The notes under the pieces: generated by a model | Told to the model about the DNA's origin: nothing | Database searches by the model: none | The model's input: only the letters and a program-made list of their open reading frames with translations | Part shown: positions 7,368 through 15,847 of the stretch, one piece after another | How positions within the stretch are numbered: the first letter of the stretch is position 1 | Layout of the letters: every line of letters starts with the position of its first letter | Program-made: the position numbers and the translations under genes | IMG/VR virus record: IMGVR_UViG_3300044731_000124 | Coordinates: 1-26,967 of that record | Strand: one strand, 5' to 3' | From: a virus | Lineage: Duplodnaviria > Caudoviricetes | DNA length: 26,967 nt

Positions 7368-7735
7368 ATGAAGAACAATTATTTAATTATTTAAAAAAAT
7401 ATTATATATACGATTTAACAAAAAGCGAAGATAAATTTTCAAGTTATGATTGTTTTAGTTCAACATATAAATGCGTAATTGAGTTAAAATGTAGAAATAA
7501 ACACTACGATAATTTGATGTTAGAGAAAATTAAATATGATAGTTTAAACAAAATGAATTGCAAGGCTTTTTATATAAATTCAACACCAGAAGGAATATTT
7601 GTTTTCAATATAAATGATATAAAACCAAATTGGATTACTGATAATTCAATGCCTAAACAAACAGAATTTGAAAATAATAACAAGATTGAAAAGACATATA
7701 CATTAATTTCTATACATAATGCCATAAAAATATGA
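7364..7735 (+). CDS. PD-(D/E)XK-family nuclease-like protein
   Basis: YDC...VIELKCR catalytic-like motif; very AT-rich; ATGA overlaps at both ends. Confidence 0.6.
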   Translation: MNEEQLFNYLKKYYIYDLTKSEDKFSSYDCFSSTYKCVIELKCRNKHYDNLMLEKIKYDSLNKMNCKAFYINSTPEGIFVFNINDIKPNWITDNSMPKQTEFENNNKIEKTYTLISIHNAIKI

Positions 7736-8259
7736 AAGCTAAGAAATGCAAAGTATGTAAAAACGAATTTACACCGATATACACTACTGCACAAAGCACC
7801 TGCTCGTTAAGTTGTGCTATTGAACAAACTACCCAGAAGAAAAGCCAAGCGTGGAAAGAACGTAAGAAGATACTAAAAGACGAACTAACTACTGTGCAAG
7901 ATTTAATGAAAGTAGCGCAGCAAGTATTTAACAAGTATATCAGGTTAAGAGATGAAGGAAATTTATGCGTGAGCTGCGGCAAAACTCCTAAGAAAGGCAA
8001 TGCAGGACATTTCTATTCGGCAGGTGGACACTTCAACGTAAGGTTCGATGAGCGTAATGTACATCTTCAATGTGAGTATTGTAATTCGTTTTTATCTGGT
8101 AATCTTTTACCTTACCGTGAAAATCTTTTAGTTAAGTTAGGATATGAAGAATTTGAGCGTTTAAGCATTGATGCGATGAAAACACGAAAGTTTACACGAG
8201 AAGAATTAAAGGAGATTATAGAAAAATATAAGCAAAAGATAAAAGACTTTAAAAATTAA
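7732..8259 (+). CDS. ninG: NinG/Rap-like recombination endonuclease
   Basis: CKVC..CSLSC, FNKYIRLRD, CVSCG, AGHF, RFDERNVHLQCEYCN. Confidence 0.9.
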   Translation: MKAKKCKVCKNEFTPIYTTAQSTCSLSCAIEQTTQKKSQAWKERKKILKDELTTVQDLMKVAQQVFNKYIRLRDEGNLCVSCGKTPKKGNAGHFYSAGGHFNVRFDERNVHLQCEYCNSFLSGNLLPYRENLLVKLGYEEFERLSIDAMKTRKFTREELKEIIEKYKQKIKDFKN

Positions 8260-8262
8260 ATA

Positions 8263-8270
8263 TATATTTG
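8263..8270 (+). promoter_or_regulatory. Bacteroidota -7 promoter element
   Basis: TATATTTG in the intergenic gap, 21 nt before ATG 8292. Confidence 0.6.
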
Positions 8271-8291
8271 AACCAACAAAACAGAAAAATT

Positions 8292-8600
8292 ATGAAAGTA
8301 GAAATCCAAAACTTTACAGGAACTCAGAAAGAGTTTGAATTAGAAATCGTCTATGCAAAAGGAGTAATAGAGGTATTCTCAGCTAAAGCCGAATACAGTT
8401 ACGGCTATGATTTAGCAACTGACACCCCAGAGTTTATCTTTGAAAGCATTCAAGGAGCGAAATGGAACGGCATCACAGGAATTTATTATCCTTATATTTT
8501 CTCAGAAGAAGAATGCAACGCAATCGAAGCGCAGATGAGAGACCAAATTGATTGGGAAGAAATTATAGATGTGTTAAACAATTGGAATAATAGAGACTGA
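8292..8600 (+). CDS. Hypothetical acidic protein (102 aa)
   Basis: ATG with A-rich leader downstream of the promoter element. Confidence 0.7.
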   Translation: MKVEIQNFTGTQKEFELEIVYAKGVIEVFSAKAEYSYGYDLATDTPEFIFESIQGAKWNGITGIYYPYIFSEEECNAIEAQMRDQIDWEEIIDVLNNWNNRD

Positions 8601-8601
8601 T

Positions 8602-8820
8602 ATGAAAGCAATATTAGAATTTAACCTACCTGAAGACGCACACGAATACAATCTTGTAAACAAGGCAGTAGATATGAGCGTAGTTCTTCACGAGTTCGAC
8701 CAATATTTAAGAGGGAGACTTAAATACGAAGACAATATAACCGACGATGCATATAATGCGTTACAGGATGCGCGTGATAAATTGTGGGAGATGGCTAAAG
8801 ATGGAGGAATAGAACTATGA
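8602..8820 (+). CDS. Hypothetical protein (MKAILEFNLPED... type)
   Basis: Tight packing; ATGA overlap. Confidence 0.75.
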   Translation: MKAILEFNLPEDAHEYNLVNKAVDMSVVLHEFDQYLRGRLKYEDNITDDAYNALQDARDKLWEMAKDGGIEL

Positions 8821-9044
8821 AAAGCACAGAACTAAAAATCTATCACGCTACAATGTTTGTTGTATTTAGCGTAATACTTGTTTTACTCGTTTCTAAGGCA
8901 CTTTCTACTGATAGTAATAGCAAAGTATATCCAATAGAAAGAAGTACGATTAAAACGTCTTATTTAAAGCCATCTGATTTATCAAAAGAAAATCTATCTT
9001 TGCAGAAACAAAATTATTACGAGAGATTATGGAACGAGAAATAA
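8817..9044 (+). CDS. Hypothetical single-pass membrane protein
   Basis: N-terminal hydrophobic run ATMFVVFSVILVLLV. Confidence 0.6.
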   Translation: MKSTELKIYHATMFVVFSVILVLLVSKALSTDSNSKVYPIERSTIKTSYLKPSDLSKENLSLQKQNYYERLWNEK

Positions 9045-9205
9045 TATTTATATACCTTTTGATTCAAGCATTTTTTATGTTAGGACTAAGTATGTTAGCA
9101 TTTAAGATGGAATATTTTAATTTAGCAGTAATATTTTTAGTAATTGGTGCATTGAATTTGATAGCTTTGAGCATCTTTATGTATGATATATGGGTAGGAA
9201 GATAG
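9029..9205 (+). CDS. Small two-TM membrane protein (58 aa, MEREIIFIYLLIQAFF...), not in ORF track
   Basis: Two hydrophobic segments; fills the gap. Confidence 0.6.
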   Translation: MEREIIFIYLLIQAFFMLGLSMLAFKMEYFNLAVIFLVIGALNLIALSIFMYDIWVGR

Positions 9206-9315
9206 TAAAAGACGAAATGCATAGAGCCTACAGGATAAAAAGACGTACTTGTGATTGGTTCTTAAATTATATGTACGATGGTATGGCTTTTATAAGGCTA
9301 AATCCTGAAGAATGA
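9190..9315 (+). CDS. Hypothetical protein (41 aa, MGRKIVKDEMHRAY...), not in ORF track
   Basis: Overlapping start; fills the gap before the sigma gene. Confidence 0.45.
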   Translation: MGRKIVKDEMHRAYRIKRRTCDWFLNYMYDGMAFIRLNPEE

Positions 9316-9351
9316 AATATGTTTATAAGGTTATAGATTTAATTTGGGTGT

Positions 9352-9924
9352 ATGTTATTAGCCGATTGTATAGAAACGAAGACAACTGAAAGTTCATCAG
9401 AGTGGTTAGCATCGGTAGCAAAACACCACAAGCACTTTATATCGGTAGTTAAATCCTTTGGAGAAGACCGATACTCAGAAGACATAGTGCAGGAGATGTA
9501 TTTAAGAATCTACAAATACACGAACCCAGAGAAGATAATAAAAGACGGACAAGTAAATCAAGGTTTTATATGGTTTGTACTGCGTAATATTTATGTAGAC
9601 TATTGTAAGCAAAAATCTAAGATTGAAAAAGTAACTGTAAACGATGCCTTAGATATAAAGGATATTGACGTTAGCGGAATTGAGAAAGCTAAAAACGATA
9701 TTGAATTAAAGATTTATATGGAAATAGATTCCTGGCATTGGTACGATACAATGTTGTTTAAGTTATATAAAGAGAACAATCATTCTATGCGTGAGTTATC
9801 TGCGTTAACTAAAATATCTGTAACGTCTATATTTCACACTATAAAGCATTGTAAGCAACGTTTGATTGAGAATGTAGGAGAAGACTACGAAGATTATTTG
9901 AATGGCGATTATGAAAGAATCTGA
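9352..9924 (+). CDS. ECF-type (sigma-70 family) RNA polymerase sigma factor
   Basis: Region 2-like SEDIVQEMYLRI and FIWFVLRNIYVDY; region 4 HTH-like SMRELSALTKISVTSIFHTIKHCKQRL. Confidence 0.8.
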   Translation: MLLADCIETKTTESSSEWLASVAKHHKHFISVVKSFGEDRYSEDIVQEMYLRIYKYTNPEKIIKDGQVNQGFIWFVLRNIYVDYCKQKSKIEKVTVNDALDIKDIDVSGIEKAKNDIELKIYMEIDSWHWYDTMLFKLYKENNHSMRELSALTKISVTSIFHTIKHCKQRLIENVGEDYEDYLNGDYERI

Positions 9925-10072
9925 AAATACATACACAACTTTAGCAGAATTGCGTAAGAATTATACTGAGCAGTTAGACAAGTATTATCAGTTGCTACAG
10001 AAACACGAAAAGCTACAGGAAGAATTTGACCAACTAAAAGAAAGATATATGAACTTAATAGATAACAAATGA
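9911..10072 (+). CDS. Small coiled-coil protein (53 aa, MKESENTY...), not in ORF track
   Basis: Heptad pattern; ATGA overlap with the next ORF. Confidence 0.65.
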   Translation: MKESENTYTTLAELRKNYTEQLDKYYQLLQKHEKLQEEFDQLKERYMNLIDNK

Positions 10073-10245
10073 AGACGATAAAAGCGTATTTAGAAAACCA
10101 AAAGGAGTTAGCCTATGTATCATTTGCACATAGTTTGCAAGGCGAAAATGTTAACTTATTAGATGCAAAACACTTTTTAGAAAGAATAGTACATTTAGAA
10201 TTAATGATTAAAGAATTAGGAAATGGAAAAGAAAAGAAGAGGTAG
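10069..10245 (+). CDS. Hypothetical protein (58 aa, MKTIKAYLENQK...), not in ORF track
   Basis: ATGA coupling; fills the gap. Confidence 0.65.
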   Translation: MKTIKAYLENQKELAYVSFAHSLQGENVNLLDAKHFLERIVHLELMIKELGNGKEKKR

Positions 10246-10687
10246 ACAGCCAAAGGTAGTTACCGAAGTGGTAGACCTATTAAAAGACGAAGCACAAGAA
10301 TTAGTAAACGAGATTAAAGAAGATGTCGCTGAAGGTTTAGGAGATACTTTAGAAAAGGTATTTAAGAAAACAGGTATTAAGAAGTTAGTAAAGTTTATAG
10401 CTGGAGAGGACTGCGGATGTGACGAGCGTAAGAAGAAGCTAAACGAACTATTCCCTTACAGAAAGATTAGCTGCCTAAATGAAGACGAATATAATGTATT
10501 AGATACTTTCTTTGGTAAGAATACTGCTGAAATAGCACCGAGCGATCAACACGAACTACTCAAAGTTTACAATAGAGTTTTAAATATAAACAGAGAACCT
10601 ACAAGCTGCTCAAGTTGTTGGAGAGATATTCTTAATCAGTTGAAGAAAGTATACAATCAATATAAAGACGAACACACTGAAGACTAA
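10223..10687 (+). CDS. Hypothetical protein with GLGD..EK, DCGC and CSSC motifs
   Basis: Long ORF with Cys motifs suggesting metal binding. Confidence 0.8.
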   Translation: MEKKRRGRQPKVVTEVVDLLKDEAQELVNEIKEDVAEGLGDTLEKVFKKTGIKKLVKFIAGEDCGCDERKKKLNELFPYRKISCLNEDEYNVLDTFFGKNTAEIAPSDQHELLKVYNRVLNINREPTSCSSCWRDILNQLKKVYNQYKDEHTED

Positions 10688-10697
10688 AGACTGCATA

Positions 10698-10880
10698 GTG
10701 AACTATTACTTAGTAGTTATAAACCCAGAACTCCATAGACAAGTATGGAATAGCTTAAAACTCACTATGGCAATTGCTGAAGCTGAGTATGTGTTGTTTT
10801 ATGATAACACGATTAAAACAATCCATATGGAAGAGGTAAACTATGAAGAGTATAGAAGTTATAATTACTCATTGAACTAA
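10698..10880 (+). CDS. Hypothetical protein (60 aa)
   Basis: GTG start; fills the gap; stop 1 nt before the next ATG. Confidence 0.5.
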   Translation: MNYYLVVINPELHRQVWNSLKLTMAIAEAEYVLFYDNTIKTIHMEEVNYEEYRSYNYSLN

Positions 10881-10881
10881 T

Positions 10882-11397
10882 ATGAAAGTAGAAAAAGTAA
10901 AAATAAACGAGGTAAAGACGAATCCAAAGAACCCACGTTTAATTAAAGACGATAAGTTTAAAAAGTTGGTTAAGTCTATACAGGGCTTTCCACAGATGCT
11001 TGAGTTAAGGCCTATCGTAGTAGATGAAAACAATATTGTTTTGGGTGGAAATATGCGTTTAAAAGCGTGTAAAGAAGCAGGACTGAAAGAAGTGTTTATT
11101 GTCAAAGCAGATAACCTAACCGAGCAACAGAAAGACGAGTTCATTATAAAAGATAATGTAGGTTTTGGAGAATGGGACTGGGATATGTTAGCAAATGAAT
11201 GGGACACTGAGAAGTTAGAAGATTGGGGTTTAGACTTACCTATATTTAAAGATGATGAAACTGAATTAAAAGATTTATCAAGTACAATAGATAATTTATA
11301 TCGTATTGAAATCGTATGTAAAGACGAAGAACATCAAGAAAATAGTTATAACAAATTAATTGAGGAGGGTTACGAATGCCGACTTTTGACATTGTAA
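10882..11397 (+). CDS. ParB/Srx N-terminal domain protein
   Basis: NPKNPR, LRPIVVDE, LGGNMRLKA, DN...GEWD motifs. Confidence 0.85.
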   Translation: MKVEKVKINEVKTNPKNPRLIKDDKFKKLVKSIQGFPQMLELRPIVVDENNIVLGGNMRLKACKEAGLKEVFIVKADNLTEQQKDEFIIKDNVGFGEWDWDMLANEWDTEKLEDWGLDLPIFKDDETELKDLSSTIDNLYRIEIVCKDEEHQENSYNKLIEEGYECRLLTL

Positions 11398-12455
11398 AAG
11401 AAGTAAAGCCAACTAAAACTTTTAGAGTTGCTTCAGTGATTGGTAAATTTGATTTACAATCTGAAAACGTAATTGAACATTTTAAAGGAGATATTGATAT
11501 TCCTAATAATTGGCAAATAGGTTTAATTGTAGGAAAAAGCGGAACAGGAAAAACTACAATAGCAAAACAATTATTTGAAGACGCTTATATTACTTCTTAT
11601 GAATATAATGCAGAAAGTGTTTTAGACGATATGCCAAAAGAATGTAGCGTTGAACAAATAACATCAGCTTTTAATTCAGTAGGTTTTTCTAGCCCACCGA
11701 GTTGGTTAAAGCCATATTCAGTTTTAAGTAATGGACAAAAGATGCGAGTTGATTTAGCACGTGCAATATTAGAAAAAAACGAATTATTTGTATTTGATGA
11801 ATTTACAAGCGTAGTAGATAGAAACGTGGCTCAAATCGGTTCTTTTGCTATGCAGAAAGCAATTAGAAAGACGAATAAAAAGTTTATAGCAGTTACTTGT
11901 CATTTTGACGTACAAGATTGGTTACTCCCCGATTGGGTATTTAATACCGATACAATGACCTTTCAAAGTTTTGAAGGGCAAAAAAAAAATAGACCAGAAA
12001 TTAAATTTGAAATATTCAATTACGGAGATAAGTCAATTTGGAAAATGTTTGCTAAGCACCATTATTTAAGTCATTCACATAATAACGCCGCTAATGTATT
12101 TATAGCAACAGTAAACGATGAGATAGCGGGATTTATAAGCATACTTCACTTTCCACATCCTAAAGTTAAGAATTTAAAAAAAGTTCATCGATTAGTTATC
12201 TTACCTGATTATCAAGGAGCAGGAATAGGGTTAAAATTATTGAATGAAGTAGGTACAGTTTACAAAAAAGATAAATGGAGATTTAATATAGTTACATCAG
12301 CACCAAGTTTAATAAACGCTTTAAAAAAATCAAATGAATGGGCGTGTACACATTATGGAAGAAATACTCCACATAAAGGTGATTTAAAAAGTAATGTTGG
12401 AAATTTAACAAGTGGCTCTGAAAATAGAGTTACCGCAAGTTTTGAATTAAAATAA
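11376..12455 (+). CDS. ABC-type ATPase fused to GNAT acetyltransferase
   Basis: Walker A GKSGTGKT, signature LSNGQKMR, Walker B FVFDE, H-loop VTCH; C-terminal HHYL and RLVILPDYQGAGIG acetyl-CoA motif. Confidence 0.85.
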   Translation: MPTFDIVKEVKPTKTFRVASVIGKFDLQSENVIEHFKGDIDIPNNWQIGLIVGKSGTGKTTIAKQLFEDAYITSYEYNAESVLDDMPKECSVEQITSAFNSVGFSSPPSWLKPYSVLSNGQKMRVDLARAILEKNELFVFDEFTSVVDRNVAQIGSFAMQKAIRKTNKKFIAVTCHFDVQDWLLPDWVFNTDTMTFQSFEGQKKNRPEIKFEIFNYGDKSIWKMFAKHHYLSHSHNNAANVFIATVNDEIAGFISILHFPHPKVKNLKKVHRLVILPDYQGAGIGLKLLNEVGTVYKKDKWRFNIVTSAPSLINALKKSNEWACTHYGRNTPHKGDLKSNVGNLTSGSENRVTASFELK

Positions 12456-12473
12456 CGAGAATAAAACGAGATT

Positions 12474-12806
12474 ATGGCAAAAGAAGATAATCTAAAGAAA
12501 TTTAGTTCTGAATATCAACCCGAAAAAAACGGAAGACCTAAAGGGAGCCGTAATAGAAGCACAATAGCACGGCAATGGTTAGAAGTTAATCAAAACCTAA
12601 AGAATCCTTTGACAGGCGAAAACGAAACAATGTCTCAGGAAGATTTAATGACTTTGGCTTTAATTAAAAAGGCACGTGAAGGAGATGTAGCAGCGTATAA
12701 GGCTTTGATGGATTCAGGATATGGCGCACCTGTTCAGCAGATAGAGCAGCATAATATTGAAATACCTTTATTCCCAGATGTTTCAGAGGACTACAGCAAC
12801 AAATAA
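12474..12806 (+). CDS. Terminase small subunit (putative)
   Basis: NGRPKGSRN and KAREGDVAAYKAL motifs; immediately upstream of the large terminase. Confidence 0.75.
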   Translation: MAKEDNLKKFSSEYQPEKNGRPKGSRNRSTIARQWLEVNQNLKNPLTGENETMSQEDLMTLALIKKAREGDVAAYKALMDSGYGAPVQQIEQHNIEIPLFPDVSEDYSNK

Positions 12807-13935
12807 AGTTTTATCTTTAAAAAGACGAACTAAAATAATTCAGGGCGGAACTTCTGCTTCAAAAACGTATTCTATTTTAGCAGTATTAATAGACAAAGCA
12901 CTAAAGAATACTACTGAGATAAGTATAGTAGCTGAGACAATACCACATTTAAGAAGAGGTGCATTAAAAGACTTCTTAAAAATAATGAGGTGGACTAATC
13001 GATACATAGATGCAAACTTTAATAAATCACTTTTAAGATATGAATTTGCGAATGGCAGCGTTATGGAATTCTTTTCGGCTGACGATGCGTCTAAGCTGCG
13101 TGGCGCTCGTAGGGATATACTATATATTAACGAGTGTAATAACGTCACTTTTGAAGCGTACAATGAGTTATCGATTAGAACGAAGAAAGAGGTATTTTTA
13201 GACTTTAACCCTGCGAATGAGTTTTGGGTACACACGGAACTAAAAGACGAACCAGATAGCGACTTCATAATTCTAACCTACAAGGATAACGAAGCCTTAG
13301 ACCAATCCATAATAGACCAAATAGAAAAGAACAAAGAGAAAGCTAAAACTTCTGAGTATTGGAGAAATTGGTGGAATGTTTACGGACTTGGTTTAATAGG
13401 TAGTTTAGAAGGGGTTGTGTTTAATAATTGGAAGATAATCGACACGATTCCGATTGAGGCACGATTAATTGGCATAGGGTTAGACTTTGGTTATAGTGTT
13501 GACCCTACTGCGATAGTGGAAATATATCAATACAACGGACAAAGAATAGTAAGAGAGAAAGTATATCGCACAGGTATGCTTAATTCTGACATAGCTAAAG
13601 AACTACAAAAAAACGTAGTAGTATATGCTGATAGTGCCGAACCTAAAAGTATAGAAGAAATACGTAGACAAGGAATAACGATTAAAGGTGTTACGAAAGG
13701 AAAGGACTCGATTAATTACGGAATAGACGTAATGCAACGCCAAGAGTATTTAGTAACGTCAGACAGCACTAATCTAATCAAAGAACTTAGAAGCTACTGT
13801 TGGGACACGGATAGAACAGGAGTGAGATTAAATAAACCTGCAGGAGGCAATGACCACATTATAGATGCGCTGAGGTATCACGAAATGGAAACTTTAGGAT
13901 TAAACAATAGCTATGGGACATACGCCATCCGTTGA
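12778..13935 (+). CDS. Terminase large subunit (PBSX/XtmB-like)
   Basis: QGGTSASKT Walker A, LYINE Walker B, DFNP, GLDFG, ADSAEPKSI, NDHIIDALRY. Confidence 0.95.
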   Translation: MFQRTTATNKVLSLKRRTKIIQGGTSASKTYSILAVLIDKALKNTTEISIVAETIPHLRRGALKDFLKIMRWTNRYIDANFNKSLLRYEFANGSVMEFFSADDASKLRGARRDILYINECNNVTFEAYNELSIRTKKEVFLDFNPANEFWVHTELKDEPDSDFIILTYKDNEALDQSIIDQIEKNKEKAKTSEYWRNWWNVYGLGLIGSLEGVVFNNWKIIDTIPIEARLIGIGLDFGYSVDPTAIVEIYQYNGQRIVREKVYRTGMLNSDIAKELQKNVVVYADSAEPKSIEEIRRQGITIKGVTKGKDSINYGIDVMQRQEYLVTSDSTNLIKELRSYCWDTDRTGVRLNKPAGGNDHIIDALRYHEMETLGLNNSYGTYAIR

Positions 13936-14089
13936 GGAAATGATAGCAATAGTACAGGACTACATATACGATAGAAAGCGTGTAAGGGTAAGAATAGTAT
14001 TTGACAATCCAATGAGAATGCGAAGAGATGTTATGCTCTTAAACGAAGCCTATAGCATTGCAGTTATGTATAACAATAAGGATAAATAA
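13913..14089 (+). CDS. Hypothetical protein (58 aa, MGHTPSVEEMIAIVQDYIY...), not in ORF track
   Basis: Fills the gap after the terminase; alternative start at 13940. Confidence 0.55.
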   Translation: MGHTPSVEEMIAIVQDYIYDRKRVRVRIVFDNPMRMRRDVMLLNEAYSIAVMYNNKDK

Positions 14090-14096
14090 AAGTTAT
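14072..14096 (+). promoter_or_regulatory. Candidate late promoter AAC-N15-AAGTTAT
   Basis: Same motif and spacing at four gene-block starts; ATG follows after 6 nt. Confidence 0.6.
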
Positions 14097-14102
14097 AAAA
14101 AT

Positions 14103-14789
14103 ATGAAGTTAGAATTGCTTATACCAACATCACTAAGTGAGATTCCATTAAAGCACTACCAAGAATTTAGAAAGGTAGCTGAGAACTCAAATGATGAGGA
14201 ATTTGTAGCTGAGAAAATGATAGAGTTATTTTGCGGCATAGAACTAAAGGATGTTATAAAAATCAAAGCATCTGATATTTCTGATATGGTTAGCCACTTC
14301 AATAAATTGTTTTCTGTGAAGCAAAAGTTTGAACACAGATTTAAGATAGGAGATTTAGAGTTTGGTTTTGTACCTGACTTAGAGAATATATCTTGGGGTG
14401 AGTATATCGATATAGAACGCAACCTTACAGATTGGGACACGATGCATAAAGCTATGGCAGCAATGTATAGACCTATCACAAAGCGTAAAGGAGAAAAATA
14501 CGAAATAGAAGAGTACAACGGAACTGCTAACTATTCGGAAGTAATGAAGTACGCACCTTTAAATGTAGTGTTTGGTGCATCGGTTTTTTTTTGGACTTTA
14601 GGAAGCGAATTGTTGACGGCTTTGATGGACTATTTGGAGAAGGAGATGAAGGGGATGGACTTAACGACTATTCAGAGCAAACTCAATTTGGAAAACAATG
14701 GGGTTGGTATCAAAGCATATATGCACTCGCTAAAGGAGACATTACAAGATTTAACGCAGTTACCAGAGAACCATTGGTTAAGTGTTTGA
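14103..14789 (+). CDS. Putative tail assembly chaperone, zero-frame product (228 aa)
   Basis: ATG 14103; contains GTT TTT TTT TGG slippery site; heads the tail gene block. Confidence 0.65.
   Translation: MKLELLIPTSLSEIPLKHYQEFRKVAENSNDEEFVAEKMIELFCGIELKDVIKIKASDISDMVSHFNKLFSVKQKFEHRFKIGDLEFGFVPDLENISWGEYIDIERNLTDWDTMHKAMAAMYRPITKRKGEKYEIEEYNGTANYSEVMKYAPLNVVFGASVFFWTLGSELLTALMDYLEKEMKGMDLTTIQSKLNLENNGVGIKAYMHSLKETLQDLTQLPENHWLSV
14583..14592 (+). promoter_or_regulatory. -1 programmed frameshift site (T TTT TTT within a T9 run)
   Basis: In-frame GTT TTT TTT TGG; the -1 frame is open for 90 codons and overlaps the next gene start. Confidence 0.7.
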
Positions 14790-14863
14790 CCTTACTAACA
14801 TTTGAGAAGCAAAAGACGGAAATAGAAATTAGACAAATTAAAAAGCAACAACAAAAATGGTAG
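14591..14863 (+). CDS. -1 frame extension of the tail assembly chaperone (fusion product about 253 aa from ATG 14103)
   Basis: Opens exactly at the T run; protein-like sequence FGKQWGWYQSIYALAKGDITRF; bridges the gap to 14857. Confidence 0.7.
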   Translation: MDFRKRIVDGFDGLFGEGDEGDGLNDYSEQTQFGKQWGWYQSIYALAKGDITRFNAVTREPLVKCLTLLTFEKQKTEIEIRQIKKQQQKW

Positions 14864-15312
14864 GATTCTACACGATTATAGATAAGTTAAAGACGGAGTT
14901 AAATAGTTCTCCGTTTGTTAATTCAGTTACAGAGGGGAGCATCTTTAATGTTGACTTAGCTAAACAGACTATATTTCCTTTGTCTCACATTATGGTTAAC
15001 TCGGCATCGTTTGAGGAAAACGTGATTAGGTTTAATGTAAGCATCATTGCAATGGATATTGTAGATATATCAAAAGACGAAACTACAGATGTATTTACAG
15101 GCAACGATAACGAACAAGATGTATTGAATACTCAGTTAGCAGTTCTTCAACGAGTATATGAAGTAATGAGACGAGGCACGTTATACACGGATTTATTTCA
15201 GATAGATGGTGTTCCTAATTGCGAACCATTCACAGAACGTTTTGAGAATTTATTAGCAGGATGGACAATGACATTCGATGTGTTGGTTAAAAACGAAATG
15301 AGTATCTGTTAA
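14857..15312 (+). CDS. Putative tail terminator / completion protein
   Basis: Size, acidic beta-rich pattern (FPLSHI, AGWTMTFDV) and context. Confidence 0.55.
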   Translation: MVGFYTIIDKLKTELNSSPFVNSVTEGSIFNVDLAKQTIFPLSHIMVNSASFEENVIRFNVSIIAMDIVDISKDETTDVFTGNDNEQDVLNTQLAVLQRVYEVMRRGTLYTDLFQIDGVPNCEPFTERFENLLAGWTMTFDVLVKNEMSIC

Positions 15313-15313
15313 G

Positions 15314-15847
15314 ATGCAGAAAGACGAAGTACAAAAGGCTTTAGATAGGTTTAAAGACCATATAATAGCACAAGCTAAACGTAACCTTACGAACAAGGAT
15401 AAGAACGTTAGTAAGAAGCTATACAACTCTATCGAAGGAGAAGTAAAAGTATTCCCTAATTCCATAGGTATGTACTTTAGTATGGAAGAGTACGGAGCGT
15501 ATCAGGACTTAGGAGTTAAAGGAAAGAAGAGTGCAAGTAAAGCACCACAATCTCCGTTTAGATTTGGAAGCGGTACAGGTAAGAAAGGCGGCTTAACGGC
15601 AGCTATGGAGAAATGGGTTACACAAAGACGAATCCAATTCAAAGATAGAAAGAGCGGTAAGTTTATGAGTTACAAATCTACTGCGTGGTTAATGACCAGA
15701 AGTATATACTCTAAAGGAATTAAACCGAGTTTATTTTTCACGAAGCCATTCGAGGCAGCATACAAAAACCTACCAAACGAGTTAATAGATAAATACGGAC
15801 TTGAAGCAAGTAAACTATTTAACGACATAATAAAACAACCTAAATAA
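15314..15847 (+). CDS. Putative neck / tail completion protein (HK97 gp10-like)
   Basis: Basic protein with LYNSI, YGAYQDLGV and GIKPSLFFTKPF motifs. Confidence 0.55.
   Translation: MQKDEVQKALDRFKDHIIAQAKRNLTNKDKNVSKKLYNSIEGEVKVFPNSIGMYFSMEEYGAYQDLGVKGKKSASKAPQSPFRFGSGTGKKGGLTAAMEKWVTQRRIQFKDRKSGKFMSYKSTAWLMTRSIYSKGIKPSLFFTKPFEAAYKNLPNELIDKYGLEASKLFNDIIKQPK

Noticed and set aside
9339-9346. TTAATTTG as a host promoter for the sigma gene
   Set aside because: Does not fit TAnnTTTG spacing and lies only 5 nt from the ATG
12452-12472. Tandem AACGAGA repeat before the small terminase as a pac site
   Set aside because: Only two 7-mers; no supporting evidence from sequence alone
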